Assembly (NCBI GenBank): GCA_964449225.1
Contig: CAYVAN010000004.1
Location: 1 to 50,277 of the forward strand
Reading direction: 5' to 3'
From: an uncultured Rhodopirellula sp.
GTDB taxonomy: Bacteria > Planctomycetota > Planctomycetia > Pirellulales > Pirellulaceae
Length of the DNA: 50,277 bases
The first letter of the stretch is position 1. The number at the start of each line of letters is the position of its first letter. The notes under the pieces were generated by a model that had not been told where the DNA came from, searched no databases, and was given only the letters and a program-made list of their open reading frames with translations. This document shows positions 44,005-50,277 of this stretch, piece by piece. A program made the translations under genes and the position numbers.

Positions 44005-46326
44005 GTGAATTCGGCCATCGCGATCGTGGTTTTCGTCATCAATGCCGGTGTTTGCAAAGACGTCCATGCCTATCCGCCAGAGCATCCTGCGTTTCAAAGT
44101 CAACAATCGCACGACCCGCAATTGCTGACGCTCGAGCGACTTTATCATCCAGATCAGCAATTTGATTTTGAAGGCAAGCTGCCGACTTCGCACTGGATTG
44201 GCAAAGAATCGTCAAAATTATTGCTTAGAAAAGACGATCGGTGGCATCAGTTCCCGATCAATAAGACAGTGATCGAGAGCGATTTGTCTAGCTCACAATG
44301 GCAAACGTGGCCCGCATTCGATCAGCTGGTCGAAAATGTACAAACCCTTGCAAATATCGACGCCAAAGCAGCGGCAAAATCTGTTGCTAGGGCGATTCCA
44401 ATGTTGCAAGAAGAATCCGACACCATCTTAGTCAAAATTGGTGAAACGTTAGTAACGGTATCCACTGAAGAGCCCGCGAGAATTCTGACGCATGACGCCA
44501 GAACTTGGGAGAACGCCAAGCTGGACCCTCAAGCTCGACGGATAGGTTACACGGTCGATGGTGATCTATACGTCACCGATGTTAAAACTCATTTGACTCG
44601 CCGTTTGACTGATGATGGCTTGGATACGTTACTGGATGGCGAGCTGGATTGGCTTTATCAAGAAGAGATTTTTGGCCGAGGCAATTTCCGAGCATTCTGG
44701 TTTAGTCCCAACGGAAATTGGTTGGCAATGTTGCGAATTGATACCAGTGAAGTACAGCCATACGTGCTTTCGTCTTCCGATGAATCGCGTGGTAACGGTA
44801 TCACGACTCGGTACAGCAAGCCCGGCGATCCAATTCCTCACGCATCGCTCTATGTTTGGGATCTGCGTCGGTTTGATTCCGACCCGGTTCCGGCACCAAG
44901 GTTGGTGATCGCATCGAACAGTGACTTAGAGCAAATTATCACTGGCGTCTGGTGGCATCCTGATGATGGATCGCTGTTGTATTGTGTTAGTGATCGAAAG
45001 CAAACCTATCGCATGCTTTCCAAAGTAGACCCTGCTGCACTGGAAAATGGGTCGGGGTTGCCCCAATTGTTGCTTCGCGAAGAAAGTCCAGCTTGGGTCG
45101 AACCGCCATCCACGCCAGGTTGGTTGTCCGATGGTGGGTTATTGTGGCGTAGCGAATTGCCGAGTGGAAATTACCGGGTGTATCGCATCAGTGGTGATGG
45201 AAGTTCCATTGTGCCAGTCACGCCAAATCGATTGAATGTGACAGAGTTTACGCTTTCCCCAAAGCAAGACAAGTTGTGGATCGTGGGGGATCGTTCGGGC
45301 GGCGTTGATCAGCACTTATACGAATGCAATTTGAATGAACCAGAAAACGAACTGAGGTCGCTAACCGGTGATTCAGGATGGCATTCAACAACGGTCAGTC
45401 CAGATGGTCGGCTTTTAACCGATCGACACAGTGCTCCATCGACGCCGCCAAGCCTGGTCCTACGATCAACCCATCATCCTGATGGAAAAACACCAGCGAC
45501 AACTGACATCATGATCGCTCAATCGCATCTCATGACGCAAAACTCGATACTCGGGCCAAAGTTGATGACGATCGCTACCGAAGATTCGGTCCAACTGCCA
45601 GCACTGTTGGTGAAACCTAATGTTGCACCCGAGTCGCCAAGGAAATTACCGGTCGTCATCGAGGTTTACGGTGGTCCGGGAACACCAATCGTATCGAGTC
45701 GCTTTGCGGGACGGAAAGCACTTTATCGAGAGCTTCTTGCGCGACGTGGGATAGCAACGTTGGTGGTCGACAATCGGTCCAGCAGCGGTACACCTGTATC
45801 AGCGATGTGGTCGATTTACGGGCGTATGGGGGAAGTAGAGTTCCGTGATGTGATGTCAGCGGTGGACTGGTTGAAGTCACAGTCGTGGGTGGACGGTGAA
45901 CGAATTGCAATTCGCGGCTGGAGTTTTGGTGGTTTCCTGACTATATATTCGATGATGCACAGCGACGCTTTCGCTGCTGGCATTGCTGGTGGTTCGGTTG
46001 GCGATTGGCGTGAATATGATTCTTTTTATACCGAACGTTACATGGGGCTGCCGTCAGAAAACGCACACGGCTATGAAACCACGTCCCTTATCCCAGCCGC
46101 AAAGAACTTACGAGGGCAATTGCTGTTGATTCATGGTGAAGTCGATGACAACGTTCATCCGGCGAACACTTTGCAGGTAGCAAAGGCTTTGCAGAAAGCC
46201 GATAAACCATTTCAGATGATGATCTATCCCGGTGCCAAACACGCGGTGACTGATCCGCATCAAAGTTGGCACATGGTTCAGATGATGGATCGGTTTTTGT
46301 TAAACGCGTTAGGCGTAAGCCAGTAG
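44005..46326 (+). CDS. S9B dipeptidyl-peptidase IV family protein
   Basis: DWLYQEEI, FWFSPNG, YSKPG, VYGGP, catalytic GWSFGG, YTERYMG, IHGEVDDNVH, YPGAKH. GTG 44005 is the likely start of the signal peptide. Confidence 0.92.
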   Translation: MNSAIAIVVFVINAGVCKDVHAYPPEHPAFQSQQSHDPQLLTLERLYHPDQQFDFEGKLPTSHWIGKESSKLLLRKDDRWHQFPINKTVIESDLSSSQWQTWPAFDQLVENVQTLANIDAKAAAKSVARAIPMLQEESDTILVKIGETLVTVSTEEPARILTHDARTWENAKLDPQARRIGYTVDGDLYVTDVKTHLTRRLTDDGLDTLLDGELDWLYQEEIFGRGNFRAFWFSPNGNWLAMLRIDTSEVQPYVLSSSDESRGNGITTRYSKPGDPIPHASLYVWDLRRFDSDPVPAPRLVIASNSDLEQIITGVWWHPDDGSLLYCVSDRKQTYRMLSKVDPAALENGSGLPQLLLREESPAWVEPPSTPGWLSDGGLLWRSELPSGNYRVYRISGDGSSIVPVTPNRLNVTEFTLSPKQDKLWIVGDRSGGVDQHLYECNLNEPENELRSLTGDSGWHSTTVSPDGRLLTDRHSAPSTPPSLVLRSTHHPDGKTPATTDIMIAQSHLMTQNSILGPKLMTIATEDSVQLPALLVKPNVAPESPRKLPVVIEVYGGPGTPIVSSRFAGRKALYRELLARRGIATLVVDNRSSSGTPVSAMWSIYGRMGEVEFRDVMSAVDWLKSQSWVDGERIAIRGWSFGGFLTIYSMMHSDAFAAGIAGGSVGDWREYDSFYTERYMGLPSENAHGYETTSLIPAAKNLRGQLLLIHGEVDDNVHPANTLQVAKALQKADKPFQMMIYPGAKHAVTDPHQSWHMVQMMDRFLLNALGVSQ

Positions 46327-46439
46327 TGGAAAACCATTCTTAGCACACGGCTTAATTGACCTAGATGGAAAGCCGGAGCTGGGAACGATAGTCAACCGGT
46401 GCTTAGGGAACGTTTCGGTTGATGGCGTGAAACGCTTAT

Positions 46440-47879
46440 TCATCGGCCCGGTTGATCAAGTAGGTAGGTTTCGTCGTACAGATCTAACTGCCGCGACTTC
46501 CAAATAGCCCCCTCTAGCTGAACGGGATGTGGCAATCGGACATCCCATTGTCCTAAGTGCTTCAACATGCGTTGCGTTCGATCTAGGTTTTCAAGGGCGA
46601 CGTCATGTTGCTCTGACACATCTTCGTCCAGGTTAAACAGCATCGGCATTCGGTCGGGCAGTCGAACTAACTTCCAAGGCCCGCGTCGCATGGCGGCACT
46701 GATCGTGAATCTCCATCGCAAGAATTCGTGGGGCGGCGATTCAATTTCATCGGTCACGTAGGGAAGCAAATTGATTCCATCAAATTCCGCATCCTTATCC
46801 TTCCCCACCGATGTTCCGGCGGCGGCCAAAAACGTGGGCGCAAAATCGAGCGAGCTGACGCTGTGCAGATACTTGGTTCCTGGTTTGATCTTTGCCGGGA
46901 AGTGAATCACGTAGGGAACGTGCATGCCTCCCTCGAGAAGAATTCCCTTTTGGCCGTTGTAAGGTGCGTTACAAGACGCGTTTGCGTTAACCGGTCCTCC
47001 GTTGTCGCTGATAAAAACAGTCATCGTGTTTTCCGCAATTCCGGCTTCGCGAAGAGCCGCTTGGATCTTGCCTACGTTGACGTCCAAGCGATGAACCATC
47101 GCACAGTAGGTTCGTCGTTTTTCTTCTTTGATGTGCTGGTAGAGTTCTAAATCTGCTTTGGTCGCTTGCAGGGGAGCATGCGGTGCATTGAACGAAGCAA
47201 AAAGAAAGAACGGTTTATCGCGGTGACGCTGGATAAACTGAACTGATTCGTCACCAATGTCATCAGTGATGTAGGTAACCTCCTTTGGCTCTGCATAATT
47301 GCATTCAATCGGCGAATCGTAACCTGTACCTTTTGGCGTGGGGAAATAGTGGTGTCCGCCACCCGTGAACCCCCAGAATTCTTGGAATCCGCGTTTGAGC
47401 GGATGGAATTGAGGCAGATCACCGAGGTGCCATTTTCCAATCAGGCCCGTTTTGTAACCGAGTGAGCCAAGTCGATCAGCGATCGTTTTTTGATCAACAG
47501 GCAAGCCATGAAATTCCGGGTCCATGCCGGGTTGGTGAGCCCCCAGATTGTTGTCATAGCCAAAGCTGACTTGGTTGCGCCCCGTCAGAAAACCGGCGCG
47601 TGACGGGCTGCAAACCGGTGAGCTGACGTATCCGTTTTCACAGATGACTCCTTCGGCCGCCAGCTGGTCCAAGTGAGGCGTCTTAATCTGAATGCTGCCG
47701 TTGAAGCCCACATCAGCAAAACCAAGATCATCCGCAACGATCAGGACGATATTAGGCCGCTCCCCGATATCTGCTGCATCGGCAATACCCAGGTTGTTGC
47801 AAAGCAGTCCAATCGAAAGCTGGGAAAAGAGAAGCAGCAGCAAAGCGAGTGTGCATCGAATATCGCGTTGATTGTTCAT
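46440..47879 (-). CDS. arylsulfatase-family sulfatase
   Basis: [12 protein letters not shown], canonical [30 protein letters not shown]. Confidence 0.93.
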   Translation of the reverse strand: MNNQRDIRCTLALLLLLFSQLSIGLLCNNLGIADAADIGERPNIVLIVADDLGFADVGFNGSIQIKTPHLDQLAAEGVICENGYVSSPVCSPSRAGFLTGRNQVSFGYDNNLGAHQPGMDPEFHGLPVDQKTIADRLGSLGYKTGLIGKWHLGDLPQFHPLKRGFQEFWGFTGGGHHYFPTPKGTGYDSPIECNYAEPKEVTYITDDIGDESVQFIQRHRDKPFFLFASFNAPHAPLQATKADLELYQHIKEEKRRTYCAMVHRLDVNVGKIQAALREAGIAENTMTVFISDNGGPVNANASCNAPYNGQKGILLEGGMHVPYVIHFPAKIKPGTKYLHSVSSLDFAPTFLAAAGTSVGKDKDAEFDGINLLPYVTDEIESPPHEFLRWRFTISAAMRRGPWKLVRLPDRMPMLFNLDEDVSEQHDVALENLDRTQRMLKHLGQWDVRLPHPVQLEGAIWKSRQLDLYDETYLLDQPGR

Positions 47880-48092
47880 CAGTTTTCTAGGTGCCTGAGC
47901 AAGGGAGGGATGAGCTGACGCAGTTTATCAACTTTGGCCGCCCTTCGGATCGTGTATCGAGAAAGGCTTCGCTGTCGTCATTCCGCTCTATCGGTCAAAT
48001 TTAAGACGGGTGAACGCGGATTTAGTTCGGCGTTAGAATTAGGATCGACGTTCCACCCAGAAAACTCGTCGTATTTTGCAACGGAAAAACGG

Positions 48093-48665
48093 ATGACTGA
48101 TTCGACGACGATGAACTTACGGCAGCTTCTAAGACGCGAAACCGCGGCATCGCATTCGCGACTTGACGAGGTCATGGGGACGCATCCGCCGTTTGCGTCA
48201 TTGGAGAATTACCAGCGTTATCTGTTGGGTATGAGGTCGGTATGTCAGTACGCCGCCGCCAGCACAAATTGGGTTGAGCAACGCATTGGGCTGCCGCGGC
48301 AAGGTTCCGATCTTAGTCGATGGATCGATGAAGATTTGGCAACGTTGGGGTTGGTTGGACAACGTGACCAAAGTGTTGCAGAGTCGCCGCCGCTTAGGAT
48401 GACGGACGAATGGCATTGGGGGCGAGCTTATGTCATTGAAGGATCGGCAATGGGTGCGACATTTCTTCTAAAGCAAGCGAAAATTGACCTGCCGTCACAG
48501 GTAGGTCGATCGTTCCTTACGCAATCAGCAACCAATGCGAAGAGCCGTTGGCCGATCTTTGCGGAGGCGCTCGCATTGGTCGCCACAAATGCAGATGATG
48601 CGATTGCCGGAGCGAACGATGTCTTTGGCCACGCCTACCAAGTTTTTACTTTTGAGACCCATTGA
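48093..48665 (+). CDS. biliverdin-producing heme oxygenase (BphO/HemO-like)
   Basis: LRRETAASHSRLD (proximal His), YQRYL, DLATLG, G.AYVIEGSAMGA distal helix. ATG 48093/48111 is the likely start. Confidence 0.85.
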   Translation: MTDSTTMNLRQLLRRETAASHSRLDEVMGTHPPFASLENYQRYLLGMRSVCQYAAASTNWVEQRIGLPRQGSDLSRWIDEDLATLGLVGQRDQSVAESPPLRMTDEWHWGRAYVIEGSAMGATFLLKQAKIDLPSQVGRSFLTQSATNAKSRWPIFAEALALVATNADDAIAGANDVFGHAYQVFTFETH

Positions 48666-48806
48666 ATGTCTTGTGATGACGAACAGATAGCTTTGACCCA
48701 CTGCTGGTTTCAGATCGGCGGGCCTGCGCAGTAGTCGATGGTAGAAAAAGGTTCAGTCGTTTGAATGATCTGATCGCCTTTGACAGCCGAGGCTTTCCAG
48801 TGACGC

Positions 48807-49526
48807 CTAAACCAAAAACCAGAGCGGTAGCATCGTTCCGTCACCCGCCGGAAACGAATTGCTAAAGAAGATTGCTGCAAGAAGAATGGCTCCGTTGGTG
48901 AATCCGTGAACAACAATCAGAGCAAAGATGTCTTTGCGATAATAGAACCACAGCATCGTGATCAGTGACCAGAGAAACATCACGGGCCATTCCCACATCA
49001 AGTGTGTCGCTAGAAACACTGCCATCACAACGCCAAAGCTCAACCAGGTAAATCTTGCGATCGGGATGTCTTGGAAGTCATTACCGTCGGCATAGGTGTC
49101 GGCGAATCGCAGCACAAAGCTGCGCATGAATAACTCTTCCATCCACGGCGTCACGACGGCATAACCTAGCATCCGAACAGACAAGACCAGTGGCACTAAA
49201 CTTTCGCCAGCCATGGCAGGATCAAAAGCTGAATCGCCGATTTTAGGTCGCAGCGATGGGAATACCAAAAATGGACCGATCCACAAAGCGGCCAAAGCGG
49301 TGCCCAGCACCGCATCGACAATCGTCATTCGGGTCAGGCGAATTCGCAGTTCGGGATAGGAACCTCGCACCCAGAAATAGACTAACAATGCCAGCGGCAC
49401 AGCGACTCGGATGGCAAGCATTGCCAGCGAATCGTCTTCGCTAATCCGACCACCGATCTCAATCAATAACAAGAAAGACATCATCGGCAAGACATGCGGC
49501 CATGCCGACGGTTCACGATCAACCAT
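48807..49526 (-). CDS. CAAX prenyl protease-related (CPBP) intramembrane metalloprotease
   Basis: VVTPWMEELFMRSF (EExxxR), FLATH, VHGFTN; multiple TM helices. Confidence 0.85.
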   Translation of the reverse strand: MVDREPSAWPHVLPMMSFLLLIEIGGRISEDDSLAMLAIRVAVPLALLVYFWVRGSYPELRIRLTRMTIVDAVLGTALAALWIGPFLVFPSLRPKIGDSAFDPAMAGESLVPLVLSVRMLGYAVVTPWMEELFMRSFVLRFADTYADGNDFQDIPIARFTWLSFGVVMAVFLATHLMWEWPVMFLWSLITMLWFYYRKDIFALIVVHGFTNGAILLAAIFFSNSFPAGDGTMLPLWFLV

Positions 49527-50130
49527 CGGGATCATCGATCAACGTTTGCAAACGTTTGTTCAGCGCGGGCTCAAATTGCGATGGCCACGTTTCATCAATC
49601 AATCCAACGTGGATCATGTCAAGCAAATGGGTTTGATCTTTTCTGCGGTAACTGTTCAGCTTCATACGAACCAATTCGATCAGTTCAACGATTCGCTTGC
49701 CTTCAATGACGGATGCTTGGTTCACCTTGGGTGTTGCTGAAACGTAATTCGCTTTGACTTTTTGGCCTGCCGCCAAAATGTGGATACCTTGAGAGGGTTT
49801 GCCTTCGGGGCCATCCAAAAAGACGATGACATCCATCACTTGGTCACGAATAAAACCGACACCCGATAGGGCTTCGGTCGCACGATCCAAATCATCACTA
49901 TCAAGTAATAAGTCCACGTCTCGCGTATTGCGAACCGCGCCGTCATCGATCGTTGCCACCCAAGCCGCGACCGCGTTGCCGCCAATCACCGCGTAGGGAA
50001 TCGCTGCGCCTTCCAACGCGTTGCAGGCTCTGTCAAGCCTTTCACGTACTTTTTCCATGGCACTAAACATCCGATCAAAGATGGGGGTCGGCTCGCGGAC
50101 GACAATGGGACTGGAATCACGGTGAGTCAT
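49519..50130 (-). CDS. DNA-pol-beta superfamily nucleotidyltransferase-like protein
   Basis: IPYAVIGGNAVAAW...RNTRDVDLLL (GG + DxD), LVRMKL..YRRKD..HL. Confidence 0.7.
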   Translation of the reverse strand: MTHRDSSPIVVREPTPIFDRMFSAMEKVRERLDRACNALEGAAIPYAVIGGNAVAAWVATIDDGAVRNTRDVDLLLDSDDLDRATEALSGVGFIRDQVMDVIVFLDGPEGKPSQGIHILAAGQKVKANYVSATPKVNQASVIEGKRIVELIELVRMKLNSYRRKDQTHLLDMIHVGLIDETWPSQFEPALNKRLQTLIDDPDG

Positions 50131-50184
50131 AGACCACAATTCTACTCGCCATCAACCCATTGCTCAAACGGGGCCTTTGTCTCC

Positions 50185-50277
50185 CAGGGTAAATCACTTT
50201 TTCACTTTGGCGTATTCGCCAATGTCGCTCGGCTCTCCGAGCCGATAGCGCTGTCGGCTCGGAGAGCCGAGCGACAT
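50185..50277. repeat. intergenic REPIN/MITE-like element, copy C (truncated by the window end)
   Basis: Left TIR cagggtaaatcactttttca (18/20 to copy B); perfect 24-bp inverted repeat atgtcgctcggctctccgagccga-tagcgctg-tcggctcggagagccgagcgacat (50222-50277). Confidence 0.85.

Noticed and set aside
46335-46410. Weak inverted similarity (ttagcacacgg...ccggtgcttag) between the convergent DPP-IV and sulfatase genes
   Set aside because: Too degenerate and gapped to call a repeat element or terminator by eye.
4919-49526. Apparent concentration of proteolysis genes (M56, A2M, rhomboid, HtrA, DPP-IV, CPBP) as one system
   Set aside because: They are scattered over 45 kb among unrelated housekeeping genes on both strands; such families are common in planctomycete genomes.

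Overview
About 50 kb of what looks like core chromosome from a marine planctomycete (Pirellulaceae-like). That assignment is inferred from a BBP7 beta-barrel, a LEPR-XLL/planctomycete-extracellular leader, two sulfatases and a BlaI/M56 pair. There are about 28 CDSs: partial ectB, mtnA, a zinc-ribbon membrane protein, blaI-blaR1-like genes, a 2015-aa thioester alpha-2-macroglobulin, a CinA-like protein, a BBP7 barrel followed by a 1409-aa SdrD-B/DUF11 surface protein, treZ, an EEP-GT4 pair, an iscA-like gene, rhomboid, MATE, HtrA, DksA, an FHA coiled-coil protein, a LysM L,D-transpeptidase, pyrE, a PD-(D/E)xK-like protein, lactonase, GT2, two sulfatases, DPP-IV, an orphan BphO-type heme oxygenase, a CAAX protease and a nucleotidyltransferase. 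I saw no rRNA, tRNA, CRISPR array or transposase. The most interesting signals are: (1) the BBP7 + surface-protein pair, in which the cargo has the same KR-x-x-x-AS motif at both termini (candidate planctomycete export/processing/polymerisation system); (2) a family of nested intergenic elements whose outer terminal inverted repeats enclose interchangeable REP-like doublets; (3) two unrelated 4x16-bp tandem arrays, one upstream of blaI; (4) a sensor-less BlaR1 upstream of the alpha-2-macroglobulin; (5) a possible bacteriophytochrome remnant after bphO. All family assignments come from motif recognition by eye, not from database searches.
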